Shown: positions 1-15,000, counted from the first letter of the whole stretch. The stretch is DNA of 63,233 nt, filler included, from Reclinomonas americana ATCC 50394 (GCA_048213135.1; 6 parts of 2 records of this genome joined end to end with filler, not necessarily neighbours in it); one strand, 5' to 3'. Translations and numbers: made by a program. Notes: generated by a model from the sequence alone, not told the origin.

Positions 1-3000
1 AGAGCACCCGCAGCGGAGGCGGTGACCACGTAAAAATAGACACCGGCTGGTGAGAGAGTCGACAAATCCGCCGTAGCCATCGTTGGCATGCCTCCGCTGG
101 CAGTGGCCGGAACGGCGGCGACAACAGTAGCCGCGGGCGTCGACAGATCGCCCAATGAGGTAGCGTACTTGAATGCAATCGTTGCTGTCGGGCCGTTGTT
201 GGCGTTGACGGTTCCTCGCAGTTGTGCACGCACCGCCGTCACATTGCCGACAACGTCCGTGGCAACGCCGGCCAAGGCCGCCGTGGTAAACTGCAGTACA
301 GCGCCGTACTGCGGGGCCAAACTGGCGGCGGTACCGACGACCCGATACGAAAACGTGGACGCAGGAGGCAGCCCGGTCAGCGTGACACTGACAGTAATTG
401 GCGTCGATCCCACCACGCTGGCCGGCGTCGCCGAGACCACCTGCGCGGAACCACCGGGAGCAACATTGGCTGCCACTGGGTCGTACATGAAGGCTACCGC
501 TACCGCAGACCCGCCCTGAGCATTGACCGTGCCCTGCAGCACAACAGTGGTGGCGTACACGTTGAGCGCCACTTCCGTGGTAACCGTCAGCGGCGGCAAC
601 GTGGTGAACGATGCAGGCATCGCCTCAAGTACCGGCGGCGCATTGGTCGGCACAATTTCCACGGTCCAAAAGTACGTTGTGCTCGGCGCGAGGCCAGAGA
701 GTGCCACAGACACTTGCGCGNNNNNNNNNNNNNNNNNNNNNNNNNNNNNNNNNNNNNNNNNNNNNNNNNNNNNNNNNNNNNNNNNNNNNNNNNNNNNNNN
801 NNNNNNNNNNNNNNNNNNNNNNNNNNNNNNNNNNNNNNNNNNNNNNNNNNNNNNNNNNNNNNNNNNNNNNNNNNNNNNNNNNNNNNNNNNNNNNNNNNNN
901 NNNNNNNNNNNNNNNNNNNNNNNNNNNNNNNNNNNNNNNNNNNNNNNNNNNNNNNNNNNNNNNNNNNNNNNNNNNNNNNNNNNNNNNNNNNNNNNNNNNN
1001 NNNNNNNNNNNNNNNNNNNNNNNNNNNNNNNNNNNNNNNNNNNNNNNNNNNNNNNNNNNNNNNNNNNNNNNNNNNNNNNNNNNNNNNNNNNNNNNNNNNN
1101 NNNNNNNNNNNNNNNNNNNNNNNNNNNNNNNNNNNNNNNNNNNNNNNNNNNNNNNNNNNNNNNNNNNNNNNNNNNNNNNNNNNNNNNNNNNNNNNNNNNN
1201 NNNNNNNNNNNNGCAGTTACCGTCAACGCCGCCGTGAGTGGCTTGCAAACGGCCACAACGTACTACTTCCGAGTGAAGCTGACCGTGGACGGCGAGCCGT
1301 CGGTGCCGGCGCAATATTCGACGCCAGTGCCGTCGTTTACCACTCTGACGCCGCCGACGGTGGACACTGTCACTGTGCCGCCTGCCGCGTCATCGATTCA
1401 GGCCACACTTGCTTCGCTGCTGGCCTCGATCGCCCCCAACGGCAATACAATCACTGTTTCATTCGAGTATCGCACTACTGTGCCCTTGGGTGCTATTGTG
1501 CAGGCCATGACTGCCTCGCCGGCCACCATCAGCGGTGTGCAGTCGGTCGTTGTGTCCGTGAGTGCACTGACTGGAACGCTTGTGCCGAGTACAGCCTACG
1601 AGTTCCGTATTGTGCTGGCCGTGGCCGACCTGCCGACTCAGAGAACGGCTTTCTTTCCGTTCGCCACGCTGGCGGCACCAACTGTCACTATCGGCACCAC
1701 CAGCTCCATCCTCGCCACCTCGGCGGCGATTAGTGCCACCGTCATGCCGAATGGCGACGTGCAAGTGCTGGTGTATTTCCGCTACAGTACAGCCTCTGCG
1801 ACGGTCGCCACGAGTCCACGACTGACTGCGATGCCAGCTGCGGTAACGGGCACGTCGAGNNNNNNNNNNNNNNNNNNNNTGATGATCCGCTGACTGTGGG
1901 GGGCACGGAGGACACAGTCACCACCGAACCGCCACCCATGGCAAGCGACGTCGCCGACAAGTCGTACTCGAACGTCACCGACACGCTCAGCAGATTGTTT
2001 GGTTGCACACTGGCCGACAGCGAGACGGTAGATGCCGTCACCGTCGGTGCAGTGGTGGAGAGCACAGATGGTGGGGCGAGCGTACTGAAAGTGACAGCGG
2101 AGGCCGCCAGAAGCGACAAATTATCTGCTTGCACCTCCAGTCGGTACGCATACGAGCGGTTCGGCTGCAGGTTGGCAAGCGTACAGACAACCAAACTCAA
2201 TCCGGCTGCACCAGTGAGCGAGCTCGGAGTCGCATTCACTTGCGTGGTACCGACTCCGTTGCCAAGGTCGGTTGCGGTCGACGCCAGCACACAGCGAATG
2301 CTCGAGATGACATTGCCCAGTGGATTCACAGTGCCACCAGCATTGACGTATGTTGCTTGCACAAGCGTCGGCGGCGACATGGTGGTGATCGCAGGAAGAG
2401 CCAACGTGGTGAACGACTGCACGGTCGACGCTTGCACCGGGTCGCTCGTCCCCACAATCGTCGCCACAATTCGGTAATAATACAGCGTCGCCGGCTGAAG
2501 ACCACTAAACGCGCCGCCCACGGCCTGCGGTGATCCAGAGTTGGCGCTCACAGACGCCGGCGACGCAGTCACACTCGCAAATCCAGCTCCAACACCCGAC
2601 GTCAGCACCACCATGGTTGGCGCCACCGCGAACTGCACACTCACCCCAAAGCCACCGCTCGTGTCCACCGTGCCCGACACCGCACCAGTCGTCGCCGTCA
2701 CTGTCACCGTCCCCACGGCGTCAAGCACCAGCGCCGGCAACGCCGCCGTGGTGAACGACTCCACAGATCCCACATACACCGTCGAGCCCACTGTCTCTTG
2801 CACCACCGCACGATAATAGTACACGGTGCTCGGCAGCAGATTGCTGGCCGTCACACTGAATGTCACATTGCTCGTGCTGCCGGTTGACGCTGGCGTCGCG
2901 GCCAGCATCCCCACCGACGGCATCATCATGGCAAGATTCGCCGCCGTGGCACTCACTTGAATAAACATCGACACTGTGCGGCCGTCAAACACATTCACCG

Positions 3001-6000
3001 ACACGGTGCCGCCCACCGTCGCCAACGTCCCCGACACATTCGTCGCACTGTTGTCGGTGGTCGCACTCACCCAGTCCTGTGTGGTGAACGACGGAAGCGG
3101 CGATGTGCGCGCCGTCTGCGTGCCGTTCGAGTATGTGATCGCCAGTCGACACACATACGATGTCTGCGACGCGAGACTCGTCAGCGATCCCGTCACCGTC
3201 ACAGGCATCGTCCCACCCATCGTCACTGTCGGTGTGCTGCTGGCATACACCGTGTACGTGCCGGCCAGCAGCAGCGCAGCACTCGTCGCACACTCAAACG
3301 ACACACCCACCGACGGATCACCATTGGGGACCACCTGGCCCGTCAATGTCGCCACCGTGGCTCGCACACCAGTCACCGACTGAATAGTGATCGTCGGCAG
3401 ACCCAACGTCGCAAACGGCTGCGACATGGTCGTCACAGAGCCGCCGGCCGCCGTCGCCGTCACACGGAAAACGTACGACGACGCCGCACTCAGGCCGCTC
3501 ACCGTCACACTCTTCGTCACCGTCCCGCTCGCACTCGTCACCACCCCACCCGCCGCCACACTCGTTCCCATGCCACTCAGCAACAGCACATCGGTTGCCG
3601 CATACTCAAAGCTGACCGACACATCGGGCCCACCCTGTGCATTCACCCCCGCCGACAGCACCACCAATGTCGCCAACTGCGACGACACCGCCATCATCGT
3701 CACCGTCGGCAGCGACGCCGTCACCTGCACAGCCGTCGCTGTGCTGGTCAACGAAATGTCGGCCACACTGACCACCAGTCGCACCGTGTACGATGTGCTT
3801 GCCGCGAGACCACTCACTGAGGCACTGACATTGGTCGCCGGCGCCGACAACGTCACCGTCGCTGGCGTCGCAGCAATCGTCTGCGTGGACCCCGATCCAC
3901 TGTTCGTCTCGTACACCTCGAACGACACACTGGCCACGTCCGCACCGTTGCTCGCCACCGTGCCGCGCAGCGTGAATGACGAGCTGGTGACCGCATCCGT
4001 GGCCAGCAGCACGAGCACTGGTCGAGCGAGAGTGGTAAACGAGGTCACGGCGCTGGCGACGCCGGAAGCGGTGTCGCGAACACGGAAGTAGTAGGTGGTG
4101 GAGGGCGACAGCGAGGCCACTGCGGCTGACACGGGGACGTCAGTGGAACCGGTGATGGCGGACCCCGAGGCCGAGACGGTGACGCCGTTGCCGGCCAGCA
4201 CATCAGCCTCGCTGACGGACGAGTAGTCGAACACGGGTGTGGCGCTGCCGTTGTTCGCATTGACCGATCCACGGAGTACAACGGAGCCCGCAAGCAGGTT
4301 CGTGACCATGCTAGTGGAGAGCACAGGAAGAGCCAACGTGGTGAATGACTGCACGGTCGACGCTTGCACCGGGTCGCTCGTCCCCACAATCGTCGCCACA
4401 ATTCGGTAATAGTACAGCGTCGCCGGCTGAAGACCACTAAACGCGCCGTTCACCGCCCGCGGTGATCCAGAGTTGGCGCTCACAGACGCCGGCGACGCAG
4501 TCACACTCGCAAATCCAGCTCCAACACCCGACGTCAGCACCACCATGGTCGGCGCCACCGCGAACTGCACACTCACCCCAAAGCCACCACTCGTGTCCAC
4601 CGTGCCCGACACCGTACCAGTCGTCGCCGTCACTGTCACCGTCCCCACGGCGTCAAGCACCAGCGCCGGCAACGCCGCCGTGGTGAACGACTCCACAGAT
4701 CCCACATACACCGTCGACCCCACTGTCTCTTGCACCACCGCACGATAGTAGTACACGGTGCTCGGCAGCAGATTGCTGGCCGTCACACTGAACGTCACAT
4801 TGCTCGTGCTGCCGGTTGACGCTGGCGTCGCGGCCAGCATCCCCACCGACGGCATCATCATGGCAAGATTCGCCGCCGTGGCACTCACTTGCATAAACAT
4901 CGACACTGTGCGGCCGTCAAACACATTCACCGACACGGTGCCGCCCACCGTCGCCAACGTCCCCGACACATTCGTCGCACTGTTGTCGGTGGTCGCACTC
5001 ACCCAGTCCTGTGTGGTGAACGACGGAAGCGGCGATGTGCGCGCCGTCTGCGTGCCGTTCGAGTATGTGATCGCCAGTCGACACACATACGATGTCTGCG
5101 ACGCGAGACTCGTCAGCGATCCCGTCACCGTCACAGGCATCGTCCCACCCATCGTCACTGTTGGCGTGCTGCTGGCATACACCGTGTACGTGCCGGCCAT
5201 CAGCAGCGCAGAACTTGTCGCACACTCAAACGATACACCCACCGACGGATCGCCATTGGGGACCACCTGGCCCGTCAATGTCGCCACCGTGGCTCGCACA
5301 CCAGTCACCGACTGAATAGTGATCGTCGGCAGACCCAACGTCGCAAACGGCTGCGACATGGTCGTCACAGAGCCGCCGGCCGCCGTCGCCGTCACGCGGA
5401 AAACGTACGACGACGCCGCACTCAGGCCGCTCACCGTCACGCTCTTCGTCACTGTCCCGCTCGCACTCGTCACCACTCCACCCGCCGCCACACTCGTTCC
5501 CATGCCACTCAGCAACAGCACATCGGTTGCCGCATACTCAAAGCTGACCGACACATCGGGCCCACCCTGTGCATTCACTCCCGCCGACAGCACCACCAAT
5601 GTCGCCAGCTGCGACGACACCGCCATCATCGTCACCGTCGGCAGCGACGCCGTCACCTGCACAGCCGTCGCTGTGCTGGTCAACGAAATGTCGGCCACAC
5701 TGACCACCAGTCGCACCGTGTACGATGTGCTTGCCGCGAGACCACTCACTGAGGCGTTGACATTGGTCGCCGGCGCCGACAACGTCACCATCGCTGGCGT
5801 CGCAGCAATCGTCTGCGTGGACCCCGATCCACTGTTCGTCTCGTACACCTCGAACGACACACTGGCCACGTCCGCACCGTTGCTCGCCACCGTGCCGCGC
5901 AGCGTGAATGACGAGCTGGTGACCGTATCCGAAGCAAGCAGCACGAGCACTGGCCGTGCGAGAGTGGTAAACGAGGTTACGGCGCTGGCGACGCCGGAAG

Positions 6001-9000
6001 CGGTGTCGCGAACACGGAAATAGTAGGTGGTGGAGGGCGACAGCGAGGCCAATGCGGCTGACACGGGGACGTCAGTGGAACCGGTGATGGCGGACCCCGA
6101 GGCCGAGACGGTGACGCCGTTGCCGGCCAGCACATCAGCCTCGCTGACGGACGAGTAGTCGAACACGGGTGTGGCGCTGCCGTTGTTCGCATTGACCGAT
6201 CCTCGAAGCACAACGGAGCCGGCAAGCAGGTTCGTCACAGTGCTGGTCGACAGGGAAGGCGGGGTGGCGGTACTCGCGCTGATCACACTGCCGTAGAGCT
6301 CGCGCAGTGTCGAGCACTGCACCACAGCACGGTACCACACAGTCGTGCTGGTGGGTAAACCGGAGAGTGCGGCCGAAAATGCGACCGACCCAGTCACCGT
6401 TGGCGACGCCGGCGACACTGTGGAGAATCCGCTAGTGGGCGGTGTGAGAAGTCGAATGACAAAGGCTGTCGATTCTGCCACATACAACGACGGCTGCACC
6501 GAAGAACTCGGCACGAGAGCCAGGCCACGAATGCTGGTGAATCGCGCGACAGCTACCGAGGCCCCGTTGGTGACACCGGCACTTCCGTACACGCCGGCCA
6601 CGGTGGCCACTGATCCGTCGCGCGCAACCCGCCGCACCACCGTACCGCAAGCCACATAGAGAAGCCCAGCAAAGCCATCAAAGACCATTTGCTGTGGGGT
6701 GTCGAACGTGGCGCTGGTGGAGCTACCATCTGCTCCTCCACTGACACCGTGCTGGCCGGCAAGCACGTTGGAGAGGCCGGTGGCCGACGTCAGGTCGACC
6801 CACCGAATAACATGATTGTGTGTGTCGGAGACGTACAACCGCTGCGACGCTGCATCCAGCGCAATACCAGACGGCGTGTCGAACTTGGGCGAGGCGCCAA
6901 CGGTGAAATCGGGCGTATCGGCCACACCACTGATCGTACGTACTGTCCCCAGTTTGTTGACGCTGCGCACCGTGTGTGCTGCGCTGTCGGTGAGGTACGC
7001 CACACCAAACTTGTCCGCGACAATTGACGACGGAGAGCGGAACGTGGCGTAATAGCCGGTGCCGTCAGCTGTGCCAGCGGCGCTGGGACGACCGGCCACA
7101 GTCGTCACCACGCCGTTTGATAGAGAAATGCGACAGATGCGTCGGTTGCCAGTGTCGGCCACCCACAATGAGTCGTCCGACGAGTCGTAGGCGACAGCCT
7201 GCGGGCCCGTAAACTGTGCGGCCGTTCCGATGCCATCAGCGCGGCCTGCGGCTGTCGACGTGCCGGCCAGTACGGTCACACTGCTGGTGGCGATCTCAAA
7301 TTTCCTGATGGTGTGCGCGCCCGCGTCAGCCACATAAATGTCAGTGGACGATGCGGACATTCCCAGCGGCTGGCCAAATGTGGCGGCGACGCCGACACCA
7401 CTGCCGCTCCCACTGGCAAGGGCCGTAAATTGTTGGCCAGCGGCGAGCGTCGTGGAGTACTCCAGCGCCGCTGCAGAGCCGGTGGTGTAGTGAAACGAGG
7501 CAGTCACTGTGCCAGCGCACGTGTTCTGCACAGCGGAGCCTTGCAACGTCAGGCCCGTCACAGTGGCGCCTGTAGCCGCCAGTGTGGAGGTCGACGGAAG
7601 CTGCGGCAGCGTCACGGTCTGCACGGCGCTGACGGTACGCGGCGCACCCGACCTGTCCGTGCGCCTGGCGGCGTACATGTACGAATAGGTGGCGCCGGGG
7701 TCGAGATCCGCCAGTGTGGACGACACAGCGGTGCTGGTGGCCGTCACACTCGCAGGACTGCTGCTCAACACACGCGCGCCACTGCCATGCATGCTCACTC
7801 GGCGCACAGCATCGACACACGACACGTAGAGAGCATTGTTTGTCGTGTCTACTGTTACACCCATCGCTGCCTGCCACGGCTGCGCGGGAGCAGCGGACGG
7901 CAACGGGCCGTCGACAGCGACACCGTACAGGGTGGTCGTCGCGCCCGTACCCATGGTAACCAGGCGAATAGTGTCACCGTCGGCCACATACACAGTTCCG
8001 TACGAGTCGACAGCCACACCACGCGGCTGTACGAATTGAGCGGCGGCGCCGGAGGCAGCGTCGGTCAGTGTGCCCTTCATGGAGCTGGAGCCGGCCAAGG
8101 TAGCGGCGACACCGTCAGGGTAGGAGATGGCGCGCACCACGGCACCAGCAGTCGCGGTTTCTTCGCTGACATAGAGGAGGCCAGAGAGCGCGTCGCGCAC
8201 CACGCCGTAGACCAAGTCGTAGTGTGCGACATTTGCTGGGCCGTCCGCATACTGTCCGTCAACACCACTAAACTGCACATCCAGTCCCGTACTGACGGTG
8301 ACCAGGCGCACGCCAGACGCACCGACCACCAGAACACCATTGGAGCTGCTCGGCGACACACAGTCGGTGATGTCCAGTGACTGTGCGTCGGTCCACACGG
8401 TCGACACGGTGTACGGACTGCTCGTGACGAGGAGGCGCAGTTTGTAGCTGCCGGAGTCGACGATAAACACGTCGGTGCTGGAGAATCGCTGACACAACCC
8501 GAGTGGGTGGTCGAACTTGGCAAGAACGCCGTTGGCGTCCACCGTGCCCGCGGAAGACAGTGTGCCAGCCAGCACAGACAGAGTGCCGTCGGTGGCCAGT
8601 CGACGAATGACGTGATTGTTGGTCTCGGAAAACAACAGCGCGCCTGAGGCTTGAAGAAGTAGACCACGGATCTGCTGCAGCTGAGCCACATACGGTGCCG
8701 CATCGTCCACTGCGCCGGCCGTAGTCGAGCCGGCAATGGTCGCCACCTGCGGACCGAGCATGGCGCTATCAAACGCCGCGTACACGGACACCGCGGCGGT
8801 CGCGCCGCTGGCACCCGCCGCAGACGGAACCGAGACCGTGAAGCTCGTGTGTGTCAAAGTCGGAGACGTCGGTGAGCCGAGCTCCGGCGAAGCCAGCGGC
8901 ACGTAAAACATGCCGACCAGGCCGGATGGATGTGGGAAAGCAAGGCCGTCGGTCGCGTCCACCGTGTACAGCGTGTAAAACGACACACCGCCCGGCACAA

Positions 9001-12000
9001 CCAACGAGTTCAACGCCTGAGAGCCGCTGCTTTGGGTGACGGGAGTGGTGCTTGACACTGTGCCCAACACATAATACGACATCGCAGAAGCCGTGCTGGA
9101 GAAGTCGGCCCGTCGAATTCGTCGAATTGTGGTATCGTCGGCCACATAATTGTAGGCGGTGGTGACCGCCACACTGGTGGGCGACAACATGTTAGCAGCG
9201 CCAATGCCCCCGACTGTGCCATTGGAGCCGGCCGCCACACGTGTGAGACCCTCCGGCTCCGTCACTCGCAACGTTCGGCACGTCGAGTCGGCCGCCACCA
9301 GCCACGGAAGGCCAAATGAGGGCTCTCGAAAAAAGTCGAATGCCAGGTCGAACACTCCGTCGGAGTAGGGCACAGCGGGGGCCAGGGACACGCCAGGCAA
9401 ATTACTGCACTGTGGCGCGCCGGCCATACCCAGCACAGTGTACACGAGTCCGTCTCGGTTGACGACACGAATCGCCGAGGTGCCAGAGGCCACGTACAGT
9501 CGGCCGGGAGCGCCAAAGAAATCAGTGAATGCCAGGCCCATCGGCCATGTAAAGGAGGCATCTTGACGATGGCCGTCGTCGTTGCCGGGAACCATGTATT
9601 TGCCGGCCAGCAGGTCGACTAGCCCCCCAGTGACGTCGATTTGTCGAATGGCATGATTGGCGGCGTCGGCCACATACAGCACGTTGGCGGTGCCATCGGT
9701 CGCCACGTCAGACGGTGAGTAGAACTTGGCCTGAGACGAGCAACTGCCGTCGTCGTAGCCCGTAGCAGAACTCAGGTCGCCACAGAACGTGGTCACCGTG
9801 AACGGATTGGAGAGAGCGATGTGACGAATGACGTGATTGCCAGAGTCGGCCACCCACAGCTCCGTTTCGCTGGGCGAGAGTGCCAGACCGCGTGGATTCT
9901 TGAACTGCGCTGCAAGTCCGTTTCCGTCTAGGAGATGTCCGTGACCCGTGTCACCGGCCACCGTTGTCACTGCACCCGACGACAGCATCCGTCGAATCGT
10001 GTGATCCAACTCGTCGGCAATATACAGCACACCAGTCGATGTGGCCACCATGCCGCGTGGTCTCCGGAAGCGCGCAGTAGTGCCCACAGCGTTGTCGACG
10101 GCCACTCCCGTGTAGCCGGGCGCACCGGCCATCAACTCGACCTTGTCGACAAACAGCTGTGGATCCGTGTATACTTGCATGGTGACGATAAATGGGGCAG
10201 CAGCGTCTGCCGCCGACGCCGTCACATCGACCTGGAACTCGGTCGACGACGGGAAGCTCACTTGCGCGGCGGTCACGGTGCCAGTCATGAGCGTGCTGAA
10301 CTGCTCCACACTGGAGTAGCCGGCGGTGTTCGCGTTCGACGCCACGATGCGATACGAGTACGTGACTCCAGCCGACAAGATGCCGGGGACAATCTGAAAC
10401 GACAAAACGGTAGGCGACGACGACGTCAGTGTCAGTGGCGATGACGTTCCCTCCGGCCGCAGCGGTCGCAGCGTCAAAATTCTCCAATCGTTCGACACAT
10501 AGGCCGTACCGTGAGCGTCAAAGACCAGCGACTGGGCCGCTATGTAGCCCGTGTACGTCTCCACCGTCGGTTCGACCGTGAGGCGCAGCACACGGAGACG
10601 CTGATTGTCAATCATGTACAGACTGTGGGGGTCGGTGGGGTCGACCGCCACCGCTTGTGGGTACGAGACATTGGCCACATTGAGTGGGCCATCGAGCGAG
10701 AAACCACCCGCCGCAACCACCGTCGTCACCGTTTGCGGTGCAGCGAGAGTCACTCGGCGAATGAGCGTATTGCCAATGTCGGCCACGTACAAGTATGCAT
10801 CTTTGACAACGATGGAGGAGGGCGAAGCGAACCGTGCGGTAGTGCCATCAGCGTCGATATAGCCCGGACTGGCGTGGCCGGCAAACGACTCGACACCGCG
10901 GCCCTTCGACGGTCTCAGATCCACAGAACGGATGGCGTTACCGTCAATAACATACAACACTTGTTCGGCCTCGTTCACGGCCAAGTTGCCGAGGGCCGAA
11001 AACGACGCCATTGATCCGTCGGGATTGTCGAGAGAATTGGCCGTTCCGTCGCCCACAAAGATGCTAGCCGAGGCGGTGGCCACAATCACCTCATGGACGT
11101 AAATATTGACCAAGTCGCTGAGGAAGAGTCGACCGTCGGGATGCCAAACAATCCCCGTAATGGTGCTAAAGGCGGCGGCACCACCAATTCCGGGCACCGG
11201 CGGCGACTGACAACCGCCACCAACAAAGGTCCGCGTGAAACCGTTTGGCTGCACCTGCCTAACCCGGCAGCGACCGCCATTTCCCGTGTCGACCGTGTAC
11301 AGCATCTGCGTAGTGAGGTCCATGGCGATGTTGATCAAGCCCTCGAACGCGGCATCCATGGCCGCCGGCGATGTGGAATCCACGGTCCCAAGAAACATAC
11401 CCGCCCCAGCCAGAGCAGAATGCGGTCCCCTCAAGTGCTGCACATTCGCCGCCGACTGCGCCCACAACAACTGCGCCTGCAACGAAGGCCATCCCTGCAT
11501 GTCCACGTTGGCGGTGACTTCGACATTCGTAGTGCCGACAACAGTGGCCGTCGGGCTGCTGATGATGGGCGGATTGTCGAGCGTCAAAACAGAACAGTCC
11601 GCTCGCGTCCAATCAAATGGAGCGTACACCATCGGCAGCGTGGACGGCGTCAATCGTGCGCGAAAGTACACGACGGTGAGCGGGACAAAGGAACTGACAG
11701 TGGCCGTAAATAGCTGAACAATATCAGGCGCGTCCTTGACGGCGGCCACCAAGGAAATGGCCGACACTGACTTTTTCGGCTTCCACACAGTGACCACATG
11801 AGTGCTCGTCGACACAGCAACAACAGTCAGCGGAGAATAGGTCGACGATGAGAGAACCACGAAAGCGGCCGGCGGATGAGTCACAAATAGGCCGACTTGC
11901 TCGGACGTGACAGAACCAGACGGGAAAGATCCATCGGCAAATCTGATGCGTCGAAGCGGTGCAGTCTCGTGATCCGTGTTCTGTGCGGTCAAGGGGGTTG

Positions 12001-15000
12001 AGGACGGTGTGTACACGAGACAAAGAGAAATCATGAGGGCCCTCTCACCGTNNNNNNNNNNNNNNNNNNNNNNNNNNNNNNNNNNNNNNNNNNNNNNNNN
12101 NNNNNNNNNNNNNNNNNNNNNNNNNNNNNNNNNNNNNNNNNNNNNNNNNNNNNNNNNNNNNNNNNNNNNNNNNNNNNNNNNNNNNNNNNNNNNNNNNNNN
12201 NNNNNNNNNNNNNNNNNNNNNNNNNNNNNNNNNNNNNNNNNNNNNNNNNNNGCACCGTGGGCGACATTACCGGATACCCGTCGTTGCCATTGACCAGGCC
12301 ATTGGAGCCTGCCGTGCCCGCCAGCGTGGACGCAGTGTACTGACCGGAGCCGGGCATAGTTTCGGTGAGACGGCGCACAATGTGCGTGCCCATCTGCGTC
12401 GTCGTGCAGCAGGCAAATGAGGACACACGAGGATGAATAGAGGAGACATATGCAACAACACAACGCAACATCAGTCACGTAAAAGTCCAGAGGTCCGCTG
12501 TAGTTGGGCGTCAGAGCCGTGTACGGCGGTGGACCAGTCACGATACCGACTGGAGATGAGTGCTTTCCAACGGAGGGACCACCAGCTGTCGACCCCGCCA
12601 TGTTGGCCGTGCCGGAGAGGATAGCGGTCATGTAGTCGAAATCGGTGTGGTCTGTTGTATACTGAAGATCCACCGTTGCCGCCTCGCCAAAATTGTTGTA
12701 CGCCGCAGTAACGGTGATGGAGGTGTTGGTGGCGGTGCGCGCAGACACATACGTGTCCTCGAATGTGGGGCGTAGAGCGGTGCGGAACGCGGCAGAGAGA
12801 GTTGCGTGCCACATGACAGGCAGCGACTTGAGAGTCACCGACGACGGATCCACAGCGTACTCCGACGGCTGCGTGCGCACGGCTACCATGCGGTAGAGCA
12901 CCAAGGTGTTCGGCGCCAGACCTGTCACCGAAGCACTCACAGAGTTGACGCTGGAGAGATCGGTCAGCGGCGTGGCCGCCGTCAGGTGGGTCACGGGCAT
13001 CTGAATTCGCCGGATTGAATCGCTGGCAGCCTGATCACAAGCAAATTCGTGAGACTGATGGCACAATGCGGAGAGCCAAAGGGCATGAACCACGCAACAT
13101 CCGCGACATAAATTGCTCGATTGTACTCGTCGAACACCAGTCCGGTGGGTAAATTGAAGGAAGCCAAGGGTCCATCTGTGTTGCCGAATTGGAAATAGCT
13201 GCCGGCTAGCGTAGTGACAGACACGTTGTTGTTTAGGAGGCGAATCTCGCGAATGGTACCAGCAGAATCCGACACGACGATGCGACCACTGCGTGGACCA
13301 ATCGCGATACCCTCCAGCTGCTGGAACCGAGCCGAGTTCTTGTCGCCATCAGCACCACCGTTGGTTGTCACACTACCGGCGATGGTCACCACAGAGCGCG
13401 CGTAGGGGCTAAACACTCGCACCGTGTATCGATCGCAAATGAACAGTTGCCCTCCGGAATTCACCGCCAGTCCACTAGGCCTGGTGAATAGCGCCCCTGT
13501 GCCAGTGCCGTCCACAGTGGAGGGTGACGCGAACATGGAGGGGTCACCGGCAACAGTATTGACATAGCCTGCGGGGCGACAGAAAAGTCAATATAGAGGG
13601 CAAGGCGACGACAAAAAGGAGGAATGGCGTGCGTACCAGTGGTAGGGTCGTAGCTGCGGATAACTTTGATGCCCGCGTCGGCAATGTACAGAACTCGGCG
13701 GTTCTGGTCGAACGCCAATTCCACCGGCGTACCAAATCGCGCATCCGTCCCAAAGCCATCAGTGTGCATGGTACCGACTGTGAAGGTACCAGCCACTGTC
13801 GACGTGACGCACGGTGTTGAGGAGCAGTCGAGGCGGCGAATGGAACGATTTGTCACGTCGGCCACATACAAGTGTGAACGATCGCGGTCCCACGCCAACC
13901 CTTGTGGATGACAGAAGCGCGGTGGCGAGTCGGACATGGGGTCGCAGGCACCATCATGACACGAACCGTAATCATACAAAGAACCGGTGCCGAGCGTCCA
14001 CGCCGTAATACAGTTCACGGATTGCTTGGTAATGTAAAACGTGGTGCTGCCAGAGCTGCTGTCCGTCTGCACGATTCCACGGGGGTAAAACGGCATGCCA
14101 AGGACCGTGTATGTGGTCGGCTTGAAACTCCATTGATCGGTCGTGTACTCGAATGCCGCGCTCATGAAAGACGACGCTCCGAGCGTGGTGGCCGTTCCCC
14201 GAAGTGTAGCACTCGTGGCCGTCCCATCCGCCGCACCCACTATTGACAGGGACGGCAAGAAACCGGTGGAACACACACCACCAGTGGTGGCGCGCGACAG
14301 TAACTGAGTGGAGGGATTGCGCAACATGAAATTGACCGTGTACGAACTCGCCGGCGCCAGATCCTCGATGCGCACCGAGAACGACGTGGTTGAAGTCGGA
14401 AAGGTGGTGACGTAGATGCGAGGGCGGCGCGGTAGCGACGCAGTGCGCAGCGTCTGCGATAAGGGGAAGGGGATAAGGGAAAGGGGCGAGAGGGGAAGGA
14501 GGAGAGGGGAAGGAGGAGAGGGGAAGGAGGAGAGGGGAGGGAGGAGAGGGGAAAGGGGAGGAGAGGGAAAGGGATGAAAGGAAGGGAGAGAGAGAGAGGG
14601 AGGTAAATATGAACTCGACGAAGTGGCAGGAGGAGAGTGAGTAATACGGGACAGGAGGGATTGAGTGACATCGAGAAAGAGAGGGAAACACGCGACAAGA
14701 GGATGGAAGTGAAAAAGGGACAGCAAGAGGGTACCTGCATGAGCTCGATGTGACTGGAAGAGACTGAGTAATATGAGACAGGGGGAATGGAGTGACATCG
14801 AGATAGCTCTCTCTCTCTCTCTCTCTGAGAGGGTACGCAACGTGCGCTACGCGGTCGACAATGATCACTCGATACGGTGTGTCACTGATGTAGACCAGAT
14901 CGGTGGGCGCCAGAAACGCCGCATTGGCCGAGCGGCCGTCCGTGTTGGCATTCACACTCGGGTTGCCGCCCGCAGTGGTGACGGCTCCGAGAAGGGTCAC

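Noticed and set aside
1896-11717. Many + strand ORFs overlapping the giant gene
   Set aside because: They are antisense shadows of GC-rich coding sequence and duplicate with the 1932-nt period.
11724-13093. The 3783-aa ORF as given (N-terminus MVHALWLS...)
   Set aside because: Its start lies inside intron 13031-13098, and it reads through another intron and an N gap; the gene begins further upstream.
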